Below are positions 1 through 12,968 of a stretch of 64,000 nucleotides of DNA, piece after piece (the stretch's first letter is position 1; each line of letters begins with the position of its first letter). The stretch spans positions 28,398,001 to 28,462,000 of the forward strand of contig NC_086097.1 in NCBI RefSeq assembly GCF_963921235.1, read 5' to 3'. Both the position numbers and the translations under genes were made by a program. The notes beneath the pieces were generated by a model. The model was not told where the DNA came from, ran no database searches, and worked only from the letters and a program-made list of their open reading frames with translations. Source of the DNA: Mobula hypostoma (lineage: Eukaryota).

Positions 1-350
1 TAGCTTCATCTCCTGAGTCAATCTACCATGAGAGACCTTGTGAAATGCCCTACCAGGGTCCATGTAGGCAACATGTATTGCCCTACCCTTATCTATCACC
101 TTTGTCACATCCTCAAAACACTTAATCAAATATGTAGGCTATGATATCACCTGCACAGGGCCGCGCTCACTGTCCCTAATTAGCTCATACTTTTCCACAT
201 GAGAGTTAGTCCTAAGAATCTGCTCCATTTGCTGTTGTACTACTGGTTTGAGGCTTACTGGCCTATAATTCTCTGGATTATCCCAATTTCCCTTCTTTAA
301 CAATGGAAAAACATTGGCTACTCTCCTGTTTCCTGGGACTTCACCTTTTG
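1..350 (-). mobile_element. CR1 LINE ORF2 fragment (RT N-terminal region), degenerate
   Basis: ORF 139-426(-) contains GEVPGNRRVANVFPLLKKGNWDNPENYRPVSL, matching the CR1 'GEVPEDWRVANVVPLFKKG..NPGNYRPVSL' motif. Confidence 0.85.
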
Positions 351-364
351 CTAGTGAAACTACG

Positions 365-1360
365 AAGATAGAACATACAACATGGAACAAAGAACTGTAC
401 AGCACAATACAGGTCTTTTGGTCCATGATGCTGTGCTAATTTTAAACTACTCCAAGATCAATTTAACTCTTCTCTCATATATAGCCCTTCATTTTTGTAT
501 CCTTCATGTACCCAACAAAAAGGTTCGTAAATGTCTCTAATGTACTGTTTCTGCCTCTACCACCACTACTGGCAGGATGTACCACACTCACTACTCTCTT
601 GGTAAAATCGTACCTCTAACATCTCCCCTGAACTTTCCTCTATTTACCTTAAAATTATGTGCCCTTGTATTAGCCATTTCCTGGCTAGAAATCTCTGACT
701 ATCCACTCAATCTGTGCCCTTCAAAGTTCAAAGTAAATTTATTATCAAAGTAGCATATACGACACTGAAATTCATTTTCTTGCAAGCATTCACAATAAAT
801 ATAAGAAACACAATAGAATTATCCTATCATCCTGTACACCTCTGTCAAGTTACCTCTCATCATTCCAAAGAGAAACATCCTAGCCTGCTCAGTTTATCCT
901 GATAAGACATGCTCCCTAATCCAGGCAGCATTCTGGTAAATCTCCTCTCCGCCCTCTCTAAAGCTTCCACATCCTTCCTATAATGAGGTGACTAGAACTG
1001 AACTCTCCAAATGTGGCCTAACCAGAGTTTTATACAGCTGCAACATTATCTTGTCACTCTTGAACTCAATACCCTGACTAATGAAGGTCAACACAAAATT
1101 TGTCCTCTTAACCACCATATCAACTTGTGTAGCAACTTAGAGTGGTCTATGGATGTGGACCCCAAAATCCTTCAGTTCCTCCACACCGCTAAACAGATCT
1201 TAGTCAAGGCTTCAGCAATTTCCTCTCTTGCCTTTCTCAATGAACTGGGATTGATCCCATCAGGCTTTGGGGACTTATCCACCTTAATAATCTTCAAAAG
1301 ACCCAACACCACCTCCTTCTTGATCTCAAAATGCTCTAACAGATTAGTATACTTCTCACC
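365..1360 (-). mobile_element. Stacked CR1 3'-end/ORF2 fragments with a short retroposon tail at ~720-815
   Basis: Reverse complement of the CR1 3' tail (gaacatacaacatggaacaaagaactgtacagcacaatacagg) and of C-terminal ORF2 sequence that recurs many times in the window. Confidence 0.75.
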
Positions 1361-1552
1361 TCACCTTGAAGCCTGTGGTCCACCACTGTGAGCTGGCACT
1401 ACTGCATCTTGTCCAGTAAGGACGCTGTTCCACTTTCTTCAGCTACTGAAACCAAACTATTTAGCTTTAAGAATTCACCATCTGGTTACACATTAAACAG
1501 TAACTCCCACTAAGAACAAATTGGTTTACTGAGCATTCAGAATTGCTGGCAA

Positions 1553-1588
1553 GACAAAGAGACAGACAGGGGGAGGGTGGGAGGGAGG

Positions 1589-1619
<31 letters not shown>

Positions 1620-2010
1620 GGAAAGACAGAAGGAGAGAGAGGGAAAGAGGGAGGGGGTGGAAGAGAGAGAGAGAGAGATGGAAAATGAAGGAAAATGGAG
1701 AGAAAAGGAGATTGAAAGCATGAGACAGAAAGAAGTATTACAGAGGGAGGCACAGAGATTGAAAGATAGAAGAACAGGGAGGGAGAGATTAATAGAGGAA
1801 GGAATAGAAAGGAAGAAAAATAGAGAAAGAGGAACAGTGGCAGATAGAGAAAATGGAATTGAAAGAGAGGGAGAAAGGTTGATAGAATGATAGAGGGAGA
1901 GCTCAAGTAATGAGATAATTGAAAGGGAGAGGGAGAAAGATCAGGGGGAGAGAGAGAGACGGAGATAATAAAATGGATTGAGAGAGGAAGAGAAGGAGAC
2001 TGAGACAAAG
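1553..2010. repeat. Purine-rich (GA)n low-complexity tract
   Basis: gagagagaga/gggagga repeats seen directly; these explain the S/L/P-rich and E/R-rich spurious ORFs. Confidence 0.95.
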
Positions 2011-2249
2011 GGCTGATAGGTCAGGCTTGAAGGGCTGAATGGAATACCCCTGCTGCTATATTTCCTGTTTCTGTGATTTACGATGATTTGACAGTGCAGA
2101 CGCAGTAGGGGGATGAACACCCTAACACTCTATATTATCCTTGAACATCCAATGCCACATGTCTCCTCAATCTCTGCACCAGTGGTGTGAGGTTCACATG
2201 ATTCTCAGTGGTCTAACAGACACCTCTTTTTTCAAAGATGTTACTACTT

Positions 2250-2760
2250 GGGCAGCCAATGGTACAGCTGGTAAAACCGCTGCTTCACAGCACGAAGAGA
2301 CCCAGGTTCAATCCCAAACTCGGGTGCTGTCTGTGTAGAGTTTGGTCATTCTTCCTGCAACTGACTTTAGTTCAGCATTCAATACTGTGATCCCCTCCAA
2401 GCTGATCACCAAATTTCGCCAGCTTGGTATCAGCTCATCCCTCTGCAACTGGACCTTGGACTTTCTGACTAACAGACCCCAATCAGTTAAGTTAGACAAC
2501 CTCTCCTCCTCCACTCTCACCCTGAACACTGGCGTGCCTCAAGGCTGTGTGCTGAGCCCTCTTCTGTACTCCCTTTTCACCTATGACTGCGTTCCTGTAC
2601 ATGGTTCTAACTCCATAATCAAGTTTGCAGACGACACCACGGTGGGAATATGGAAAAATAAAAAAATGAAATTAATGTGGGATTAGTGTAAAAGAGTGGT
2701 TGATGATTACCAAGCACTCAGTGAGGCAAAGGACCTGTTTTTATGCCTTATCACTCTTCA
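2250..2760 (+). mobile_element. tRNA-derived SINE interrupted by a Rex1/Babar RT fragment (~2360-2645)
   Basis: SINE head with B-box-like ggttcaatcc at ~2306; ORF 2342-2686 has DFSSAFNT...[18 protein letters not shown]...[11 protein letters not shown], typical of Rex1/Babar RT. Confidence 0.8.
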
Positions 2761-2969
2761 ACAGGTTGGAACAGAAGAACCAAGAATAAGAGTGGACAAT
2801 TTCACCTGTTAAGGTCGGACCATAATTCACCAAAATCTTTTAACTCAGCACCATGTATCTCAGAACTATATCCCCCTTATCATCTTGGACATCCAAAGCC
2901 TTTTTCCCAGTGTGAAAATGGCTAGTACTAAAGGCATAATTTTATGGTGATTGGAGGAAAGTATAGGAG

Positions 2970-5900
2970 GTGTATGGGGTGTCAGGGAGGGGTAGCACCT
3001 CTGTGGGGGAACATGTCGCGTCCTTTTCAGGGCGGTTAGTCCACCTTTGGTCCCCACCTGGTACTCAGCTCTCACCTGTGGCTCCCCGTAGCTGTTTGCA
3101 TGTGACAGTGGCCACACCCCGGGCAACGGCTTCAACAAGCCGGCTAAACCAGGTGAGGGTAACCGACGGGTCTCAAACCCTCGGTGAGATAGGGAGTTGT
3201 CTATCCCAGCATGTGAAGACAGACTCCAGCGGACTGAGCGGACGAGACTAATGGAAGGTCCAACGGTCAAGAAGATGGTCTCTGCAAACGTCGTGGGACG
3301 TGTAGAGCAGGACAAGACACAGAAGACGTCCTGGTCATCCACTGCGTCTAGTCCCATCTCCAGCCGTCTAGACTCTGTCTTGCCACTGGATCCAGATGGG
3401 AATTGTGAAGAGAAAGTGAGGCTGACGCTGCGCAACTCTCCCTCACTTAAATCCAAATCACGCGCTAGTCTCGACACCATCATAATCGTCATCATCACCC
3501 TCAACCTTTGAAGTCGTGTGGCGATGGGCGAGCCACGAAGCAGCTGGTGTGGCTACACGGGGAGCTGTAGTCACAGACCTGCACACAGGTGGCTCAGGTC
3601 TAATGGTCGTTTTTCACTGACTGAAGCAGCAGTGAAACTCGGCGTCTACCTGGGTGACTGAGCAGCCCTCTTTAGGAATGCACTGCTCACCTCCGTAGTA
3701 TGAGGAAGGGGCTAGAAAAGGTTCCCTAAATATTGCCTGCTTCATTACACCCTGGCCAGTTTACCGCGGCTGGCGGGGATCCTATCTTGGCGGTCGAAGA
3801 AACACAACAAAAGGCGAAGTGACACTGCTCACCATTGGCACTTAGAATGTGTGCACGCTATTGGACAACCCTACAGCAAACAGACCAGAGAGAAGAACAG
3901 CCTTAGTTGCCAGAGAGCTTGCAAGGTACAACATTGACATACCAGCCCTGAGTGAGACTCGTCTTGCCAACGTAGGTCAGCTGACTGAAACTGGAGGCGG
4001 ATACACTTTTTCTAGAGCGGTCGCGGCAGCGATGAGCGTCGTGATGCTGGAGTTGGATTCGCCATCAGGAGTCACCTTGTTCGGAAACTTGCCAGTCTCC
4101 CCATGGGTCTGAACGACCGGCTCATGACACTACAGCTTCCGCTGCAGAACAGAAGTCAAGCCACCCTGATCAGCGCCTATGCCCCCACAATGACCAACCC
4201 GGACGAGACAAAAGACAGGTTCTATGAAGAACTAGACGCCCTACTATCAGCAGTGAGCAGCACGGACAAGCTGATCTTGCTTGGCGACTTCAATGCAAGA
4301 GTAGGGTGTGACTCTGCAGCCTGGCAGGGATCGTTGGGAGTCATGGAGTGGGCAAATGTAATAGTAACGGCCTACTCTTACTGAAGACCTGTGCAGCTCA
4401 TCACCAACACAACTTTCCGCCTGCCTATCCGTAACAAGACCTCCTGGATGCACCCCCGCTCTAAAGCATTGGCATCCTATCGACTATTCCTGCATTGTCA
4501 GGAGAAAAGACAGGCAGGATGTCAGAGTGACCAAGGCCATGTGTGGTGCTGACTGCTGGACAGATCACAGGCTCATTGTCTCCAAAATGAAGCTCCGTAT
4601 CAGACCCAAGAGGCGACCACAAGGAAGCAAGGCTATGAAAAGAATCAATGTGGCCAGGCTGAAGAACCCCAGCATTGCTTCAGCACTGGCTGAAGATTTA
4701 GAAACCAAGCTTGCTGACCTACACCTTGCAGGCAGCGCTGTGGACAACTGGGATCGCTTCAGGGATGCTGTCCATTCATTTGCACCGAAGATGCTGGGGC
4801 CCTCTACCCATAAGCAGCATGACTGGTTCGATGAGAATGATGAGGAGATACAGGCTCTACTCATTGAAAAGCACTGCCTTCATTGTACCCATCAGAACGA
4901 CCCATCATTAGCTGCCAAGAAAAATGCCTTTACCAGTGCTCGCGGGACAGTCCAGAATAAACTGCGTAAAAGGCAAGATACCTGGCTGAGTACCAAGGCA
5001 GATGAAATACAGGGATACACTGACAGAAACAACTTAAAACGATTCTGTGAAGCCCTCAACACTCTCTACGAACCTCAGTCTCTCGGGAGTTCCCCCCTCC
5101 TGAGTATAGATGGTACAACTCTCATTACAGAGAAGGCTCAGATCCTACAGAGATGGACTGAACACTTTGAAGCTGTCCTCAGCCGACCGTCATCTATTAA
5201 CGATTAGGCGATAGGCAGGATTCACTAGGTCGACATCAACAGTGCCATGGATGACCCACCGGTAGTAGCCGAAGTCACGGAAGCTGTCAGCCAGCTATCC
5301 AGTGGCAAAGCCCCAGGGGCAGACGCCATACCTGCAGAGATCTACAAAGCCGGTGGTCCTGTACTTAGAGAGAAGCTCACCGAGTTGTTCCAGTCTTTTT
5401 GGAAGCAAGAATCCATTCCTCAGGAACTTAAAGATGCATCCATTGTACACCTCTACAAGAGGAAGAGCCATCGACAAGTATGCGACAACCACCGAGGAGT
5501 CTTGCTGCTCTCCATCGCAGGAAAAACCCTTGCAAGAGTCCTGCTAAATTGTCTGGTCACTCAACTGGAGCTGGGCCTGCTGTCAGAGTCACAGTGTGGC
5601 TTTCGCAAAGGTCGTGGGATGATTGACATGATTTTTGCCGCGCGTCATCTTCAGGAGAAGTGTCAGGAGCAGAATCGCGAACTCTACACAACTTTTGTTG
5701 ACCTCACGAAAGCCTTCGACATTGTCTGCCGACAAGGCCTGTGGAAGATCATGTCAAAGTTCGGCTGCCCTGCCAAATTCATTCAGATGGTACACCAGTT
5801 CCATGATGGCATGATGGCCAGAGTGCTGGGCGGCAGAGAATCCTCTGAGGCGTTCCCAGTCACCAATGGTGTCAAACAGGGCTGTGTGCTCGCACTCACA

Positions 5901-7045
5901 CTGTTCAGCATGATGTTTACTGCCATGCTGAATGGTCCCTTCCAGGACAGTGATGCTGAAATCAGACTCAAGTACAGAGTGGATGGGAAGCTCTTCAACC
6001 TGAGCAGACTTCAAGCTATTACCAATGTGAAGGAGACTGTTCTGAGAGTCTTCCTCTTTGCCGATGACTGCGTCCTGTATGCTGGCTTGGAGCCAGAGAT
6101 GCAAATCAATATGGACAAATTCTCCACGGCTTGTGACAACTTTGGACTCATCATCAACATCAAAAAAACCTGAAGTTATGCACCGGCCTGCTCCTCATGC
6201 ACCGTACACAGAACCCAAAATCACAATCAAAGGACAGAAACTACAGGCAGTGGACCAGTTTACTTACCTTGGCGATACCCTCTCCCGAACAGTGACTATT
6301 GATACAGAAGTTAACTACAGAATAGCAAAGGCAAGTTCTGCTTTTGGTAGACTGAGCTCCGCTATATGGGAACATCGAGGAATCAGTCCAGCAACAAAAC
6401 TGAAGGTCTACAGAGCCGTGGTACTCACTACCCTCCCGTATGCCCGTGAAACGTGGACTGTGAATCGAAGGCATGCAAGACAGCTCAACCATTTCCACAT
6501 GACTTGTCTTCGCAGAATATTAGGCATCAGATGGCAAAACAAGGTACCAGACACTGAAGTTCTCTCTGGAGCAAGTCTACCATCAGTCCACACACTGCTG
6601 ATGAGAGCACAGACCCGGTGGGCAGGTCATGCCATCCGCATGCCGGACGAGCACATACCCAAGCAGCTCCTTTTTGGGGAACTCTCTGCTGGAAGACGCT
6701 CGCATGGAGGGCAGAAGAAACGTTACAAAGACACACTAAAGGCCTCCCTGAAGTTGCTTGGCATAGACACGACCACCTGGGAAACGCTGGCACAAAACCG
6801 CCCTACCTGGCGCGGCCTCATCCGCAAGGGGCTGTCAAGCTTACGAGGCAAGGCACATTGCAGAAGCACAACATAAGCGCGAGCTGCGCAAGTCCAGAGT
6901 CACCAGCGCAACAACTGCAGTGCCCACACATCTGCCCAACATGTGCCAGGACATTCCGTGCCCGAATTGGCCTGACCAGTCATCTTTGGACACATCGCAT
7001 CCAGTCTCAAAGTGACTAACGGTGTGGAGGTCTTCATCGACGACG
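2970..7045 (+). mobile_element. Full-length RTE-clade LINE (single EN-RT ORF, inactivated) inserted into a CR1 3' fragment
   Basis: ~850-bp 5' UTR; APE motifs ([51 protein letters not shown]); RT motifs (QCGFRKGRG, FVDLTKAFD, GVKQGCVLA, FLFADD); C-terminal C2H2 finger CPTCARTFRARIGLTSHLWTH; flanks rejoin as CR1 (ggaggaaagtataggagg...gatgtcaga). Confidence 0.93.
3820..7019 (+). pseudogene. RTE endonuclease-reverse transcriptase ORF broken by frameshifts and stops
   Basis: Consecutive ORF pieces 3849-4112, 4103-4384, 4527-5207, 5247-6173, 6058-6876 and 6618-7019 tile one protein. Confidence 0.9.
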
Positions 7046-8015
7046 ATGGGTAAACTTAGAACTTAGGGGGTGATGTCAGAATTATGTGCTTTATTCAGAG
7101 AGTGGTGGTGTACGCTGCCAGGACCGGTGGTAGAGCCAGGTATATTAGAGACATTTAAGAAATCTTTAGATAGCACATGGATGAAAGAAAAATGGAGGCT
7201 ATGTGGAAGGGATGGGATAGATTAATCTTGGAGTAGGTTAAAAAGTTGGCACAAAGTCGTGGGCCAAAGGGCCTTTACTGTGTTGTAATGTTCTATGTTC
7301 TATGCTCGAGAACCAGAATCCATAGGTTGAGGATGAAAGGAGAAATATTTAAAGGAAACCTGAGGGGGGGGCTTTCTCGTTCAGAGGGTGGTGAGAGTGG
7401 GACGAGCTGCCAGCGGAAGTAGTGAATGCAGGTTCAATTGCAATATTTAAGAGAAGTTTGGACAGGTATAGAGAGCTATGGACTAGGTGCAGGTCAATGG
7501 GACGAGGCAGAATAACAGATCGGCACAGACTAGATGGGCCAAAGGGCTGTAGTGCTCTATGGCTGTATTCTATGTTTATCCCTTTATTCCCTTAATGTGC
7601 AGAAAGGAATTCCGTTCTGTTTTGAATGAACTCTCTGACTGAGCTGCCAGAACAGAGGATCCCAAAGATTCATCAACCACTGAGTGAATAAATCTTTCCT
7701 CACTTCAACCAGAAATGGCTGTCATTTTGAAAAAGTGCCCCCCCCACCCCATTAGTAGACCCTCGGACATCCTCTCGGCATCAAAACTGCCTAGACCAGA
7801 AAGAATTTTGTGTGTTTCGTTGAGATCTCCTCTCATTTGGCAAACTGTCGGCCATTCCGTCCTTGTCTGCCCTATCCCTCCTCAAACAGCAAACCTGCCA
7901 ATTCTTAGGGGAGTCTGGGACTGGAGGGCACACTCTCAGAGTAGGACCATCCTTTAGAACACAGATGAGGATGAATTTCTTTTGCCAGAGGTTAGTGAGT
8001 TTGTGGAATTCATCA
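7045..8015 (+). mobile_element. Several old CR1 3'-end fragments
   Basis: cagagagtggtg... motifs and the tail gggcctttactgtgttgtaatgttctatgttctatg. Confidence 0.75.
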
Positions 8016-8017
8016 CC

Positions 8018-8950
8018 ATAAGACCATAATACATAGAAGCAGAATTAGGTCATCTGGCCCATTGAGTCTGCTCCACCATTCAATCATGGCTGATCCTTTT
8101 TTTAATCTCCTCCTCAACCCCAGTTCCCGGCCTTCTCCCGGTAATCTTTGATGCCATGTCCAATCAAGAACCTATCAATCTCTGCCTTAAATGTGCCCAA
8201 CAACCTGGCCTCCACAGCTGCATTTGGCAACAGATTCCACAAATTCACCACCCTTTGGCTAAAGAAATTTCTCCGCATCCCTGTTTTGAAAGGGTGCTCC
8301 TCTATCCCGAGGCTGTGCCCTCTTGTCCTAGACTCTCCCATCATGGGAAGCATCTACTCTGTCTAGGCCTTTTAACATTCAAAAGGTTTCAATGAGATCC
8401 CCCCTTATCCTTCTGAATTCCAGCAAATACAGACCCAGAGCAGTCAAACGTTCCTCATATGATAACCCTTTCATTCCTGGAATCATCCTTGTGAACCTCC
8501 ACTGGACCCTCTCCAACGCCAGCACATCTTTTCTAAAATGAGGGGCCCAAAACTGTTCACAATACTCCAGGTAAGGCCTCACCAGTGCCTTACAAAGTCT
8601 CAGCATCACATCCTTGCTCTTGTATTCTAGACCTCTTGAAATGAATGCTAACATGCCATTTTCTTCCTCACCACCGACTCAACCTACAAATTAACCTCCA
8701 GGGTATTCTGCACAAGGACTCCCAAGTCCCTTTGCATCTCAGATTCTTGGATTTTCTCCCCGTTTAGAAAATAGTCTGCACATTTATTTCTACTACCAAA
8801 GTGCATGACCATGCATTTTCCAACATTTGGTATTTCATTTTCAACTTTCTTGCCCATTCTCCTAATCTGTCTAAGTCCTTCTGCATCCTATCTGTTTCCT
8901 CAACACTACCTGCCCGTCCACCAATCTTCGTATCATCTGCAAACTTGGCA
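8018..8950 (-). mobile_element. 5'-truncated CR1 LINE (RT C-terminus and 3' tail)
   Basis: ORFs 8379-8654(-) LVRPYLEYCEQFWAPH and 8114-8353(-) RTRGHSL...FFSQRVVNLWN; tail reads accataagaccataa on the + strand. Confidence 0.92.
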
Positions 8951-9294
8951 ATCAGACTTGATGGGCTGAATGGCCTAATTCTGCTCTATGTCTTATGGTC
9001 TAACCTTCATTATCTTTTAGCCAGCCTCCACTTTTCTTTGAATGCAGTTAACTGTGCATCAGTCAAATGAAACATGGTATTGAACCATCTCTTCCCGAAG
9101 CTGATAGTATGATGGGTAATGTCACGCTTTTCAGTTGTTACTCATTACTTGACCGTTGTTTTTTCAGGTATGCGTAATTTTAGCAAAGGTGTCAAAATGA
9201 CTTACGTATCCCAGGGGTGTTTTTTGGACTGTTGATGGTAAATATGTACTCTTTAAGTTCACATAGTGAGAGGAAATTTTGATGGGTAATTTTA

Positions 9295-9650
9295 AGCCAT
9301 AAGACATAGAAGAATTAGCCCATCCAACCCATTGAGTCTGTTCCATCAAGGCTGATCTATTTTTCCTTTCAATCCTATTATTCTGCCTTTGCTCCAAAAA
9401 CTTTGGCACCCTTACTAATTAAGAACCTATAACCCTCCACTTTAAATATACCCAATGACTTGGCCTCCACAGCCATCTGTGGCAATGGATTCCACAGATT
9501 CACCACCCTCTAGCTGAATAAATTCCTCATCATCTCTGTCCTAGAGGGACATCTTTCTATTCTGAGGCTGTGCCTTCTGGTCCGAGACTCCCCCACTGTT
9601 GGAAATGTCTTCTTCATGTCTATTCAATATAGGACTTACATTATTTAATA
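9295..9650 (-). mobile_element. CR1 3' fragment
   Basis: Same tail and 'ccacagattcaccaccctct' segment as the 8018-8950 copy. Confidence 0.8.
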
Positions 9651-9669
9651 GGTTCAATATTCGGTAAAC

Positions 9670-10400
9670 ATGATAAAGTAGGCTGAAGTCAACATGGTTT
9701 TCTTAAGGGGGATCCTTGACAAGTCTTTGACGAAATAACAGGTAGAGTAAGCATAGGAGAGTCAGTGGATGTTGTTGATTTGGAGTTTCAGAAGGCTTTT
9801 GACAAGGTGCCACACATGAGGCTGCTAAACAAGGCAAGAGCCAATGGTATTACAAGAGAGATACTAGCATGGATAGAGGATTGGTTGATTGGCAGGAGGA
9901 AAAGAGTGGGGAAGAAAGGGGCCCTTTTCTGGTTGGCTGCCAGTGAGTAGTGGTGTTCTACAGGGGTCGGTGTTGGGACTGCTTCTTTTCACGTTATATG
10001 TCAATGATGTGGTGAATTGGTGGCTTTGTGGCCAAGTTGTGGTAGATAGAGGAGTAGGTATTGTTGAGGAAGTGGGGAGTCTGCATAAGGACTTAGACAG
10101 ATTAGGACTACGGGCAAAGAAGTGACAGATGGAATACAGTGTCAGGAAGCGCATGTCATGCACTTCGGTAGAAGGAATAAAGGAATGGACTATTTTCTAA
10201 ATGGGGAGAAAATTCAAAAGTAGGAGGGGATTTGTGAGTCCTTATGCAGGATTCCCTAAAGGCTAACTTCCAGGTAGAGATGGTGGCGACGAAGGCCAAT
10301 ATAATGTTAGCATTAATTTTCAGAGGACTAGGATACGAAAGCAAGGATGTGATGCTGTGGCTTTATAAGGCATTGGTCAGACTGCACTTGGAGTATTGTG
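9670..10400 (+). mobile_element. CR1 RT fragment
   Basis: EFQKAFDKVPHMRLL, SGVLQGSVLGLLLF, LVRLHLEYC. Confidence 0.88.
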
Positions 10401-10402
10401 GG

Positions 10403-10546
10403 AGTGGGGGGAGAAAAGGTGAGAGAGAGAGAGAGAGAGAGGGGGGGTGAGAGAGAGGGTGAGTGAGAGTGAGTGAGAGAGAGAGAGAGAGTGAGTGAGA
10501 GAGAGAGAGAGAGAGGGAGGGTGAGAGAGAGGGTGAGAGAGAGAGA
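10403..10546. repeat. (GA)n/(GAGT)n microsatellite
   Basis: Seen directly. Confidence 0.95.
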
Positions 10547-11714
10547 CTCGTGCTGAAGTGGGTGGTGATTTGAGAAGTGAGCTAATAGGATTGGGTCACA
10601 GTAGGTGAGGATGTATTTAACTGGGACAATGGTTGAGAGAATCCTATATCATTAAGGTGATTAGAACCTGTCTCAGTCTCACCTCTGTGGTATTGCCTTT
10701 CCCATCTGCACTCCAGCAGCAAATGTTACACTCTGACTTTTCAAGTCATAATTCCTCCAAAACTTTCTGAACTTGCTGAAATCCACTTACTAGTAACTGA
10801 TGGGCCCACGTTCAAGGTCACCGGCACAACTTCCTGCTTTGCTTGGACGGTCTAGCACCTCCCTCTCCTCTGCTGTGCTCTCCACCCACAATGTGTACCC
10901 TCCCTCATGACATTAATCCCCACCACCAGACAACCCAGTTCCATTACACACCCCTCCCTGCCTGGCTCTGCAACCCTCCCTGACACTCTACACCCCTATC
11001 CACTTTCCATCACCAAATTCCCTCAGCAAAAGCCTCCCCTGCCCTACTCCAAGCCCATCCTTCACCACACACCCCTCCCACACAGCCTGACCCCCATCGC
11101 TCAGATTCTATCCTCTCCCCACGGCCCTTCAGAGCCTCCAAAAGGCCTCTCACTGAATCCTGCTTCAAGACACCCACCTTCCTCCTGTCTCACCATGCAG
11201 TATAATAAAAACCAGAAACGTATTTTATTTGCTATAGACCCTTAACATGCAGTCTCAGCACCTCAGGCACAAACATTCCGTATCTGGGACAGGTCGAAGA
11301 CAAAATTTGCACTTCAAAGTGGTACCTGCTGGTGTCCAGACTTCAGGAGGATCTTTTCCTTATTGTTGGTGCCACGGTAACCCGATCAGGAAGCCTGCAC
11401 ACTCAACTCTTGCTCTGGTTGTAGGGACAGACTATGAAACTGTCTCAGCATGTGGTGTGTTCTTGTGGCTTTTCTGTAGGAAGTGGTTGCACGTTGCTTA
11501 TCAGGCTGAGGCAATCCTGAGCAGCCAGTAAGGAACTGGGCTGGTGTGCAGTCAGTGCAGCTGAAGTCTCGGGTCACAGTTATTGGTCTTACGTAATTTG
11601 TGGGCTGCAGAGGTGGGGGTGCTGAAGCTGTGGGTAGGTAACGTCAGGAGACCCACAAGCTGTGTCATGGTGGTGAAAGCTGATCACTGGAAGTCAAAGA
11701 AGGCTGCAGGTGTA

Positions 11715-12235
11715 AATAGCTACAAAAAATCTACAAAAACTGGTGGATACAGCCCAGTTCATCCCAGGCAAAGCCCTCCCCACCATTGAGCACAAGAAGG
11801 CAGCTTCCTTCATCAAGGACCCGCACCATCCAGGCCGTGCTCTCTCCTCACTGCTGCCATCAGGCAGGAGGTACAGGAGCCTCAGGTCCCACACAACCAA
11901 GTTCAGGAACAGTTCGCATCTTCTAACCATCAGGCTCCTGAACCAGCATGAATAATCCACTCGTCTCAACCCTGAACTCAATTCACAACTTAAAGAATCA
12001 AGTTCAAGGTCTCTACAAATCAGTATTATTCACTTACTTGTTTTTATTATTTGTACGATTTGTCTTCTTTTGCACCATGGTTGTCTGTCAGGCTTCGTTA
12101 AGTATAGTTTTTCCTAGATTCTACGTATTTCCTTATTTTCCTGTAAATGTCAACAAAAAAGCGAAACTCAAGGTAGTATATGGTGGCATATCTGAACTTC
12201 GATAATAAATTTATTCTATACTTTAAACCTTGAAA
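11715..12235 (+). mobile_element. Rex1/Babar LINE 3' fragment
   Basis: KAASFIKDPHHPGRALSSLLPSGRRYRSLRSHTTKFRNS, followed by a 3' UTR ending gataataaatttattc... Confidence 0.85.
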
Positions 12236-12968
12236 TCTAAGATCAGAAAAAGGTAGTAACACTCAGCTGGCCAGACAGCATCTATGAAGAGAGATAAGTA
12301 GTGGTCATCCTAATGCGATAGCAGTGCTGGCAATCGGCATTCGGTCCCACCTCAGCTCCTTATTAATAACAAAATCACTATGTTAAACTAGTTTTAGACC
12401 ATAAGACTTAGGAGCAGAATTAAGCCATTCAGCCCATCAATGGTAGTCTTCTCTATCATTCCATCATGGCTGATCTATTATTCCTCTCAACCCCTTTCTC
12501 CCACCAGGGAGTTAGGAAGGAAGTTGAGAAGCAGGACCTCAAAGGTGGTAATCTCGGGATTACTGCCTGTGCCACGCGACAGTGAGTATAGGAATAAAGT
12601 GAGGTACAGGATAAATGCGTGGCGGAGGGATTGGAGCAGAGGGCAGGGATTCAGATTTCTGGATCATTGGGATCTTTTTTGGGGCAGGTGTGACCTGTAC
12701 AAAAAGGATAGGTTGCACTTGAATCCAAGGGGGTACAAATATCCTGGCAAGGAGGTTTGCTGAGGCTACTGGGGAGAGTTTAAATTAGAATTGCTGGGGT
12801 GGGGGGAGCTGAGCTGAAGAGATGGAGGAAGCGATGGTTGGCTCAGATATAAAGAAAGTTTGGAGACAGTGCAAGAGGGAGGAAATGCAGATGACAGAGA
12901 AGGGAACAACACACATCAAAGTTGCTGGTGAACGCAGCAGGCCAAGCAGCATCTGTAGGAAGAGGTGC

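Noticed and set aside
1467..2008. S/L/P-rich and E/R-rich ORFs
   Set aside because: Translations of a (GA)n low-complexity tract
3078..3100. tccccgt resembling an HDV-like L3 loop
   Set aside because: The flanking ggc/agc cannot form P3 and no P1/P2 partners were found in the right order
2866..3511. 212-aa minus-strand and 104-aa plus-strand ORFs in the RTE leader as a possible ORF0/ORF1
   Set aside because: No recognisable motif; GC-rich UTR with few stops; RTE elements normally have a single ORF
9164..9290. Possible small exon on either strand
   Set aside because: Plus-strand frames hit stops; minus-strand peptides are unrecognisable and the acceptor is weak
11247..11531. 94-aa ORF in unique sequence after a possible splice acceptor
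   Set aside because: No recognisable homology or composition bias; length is compatible with chance
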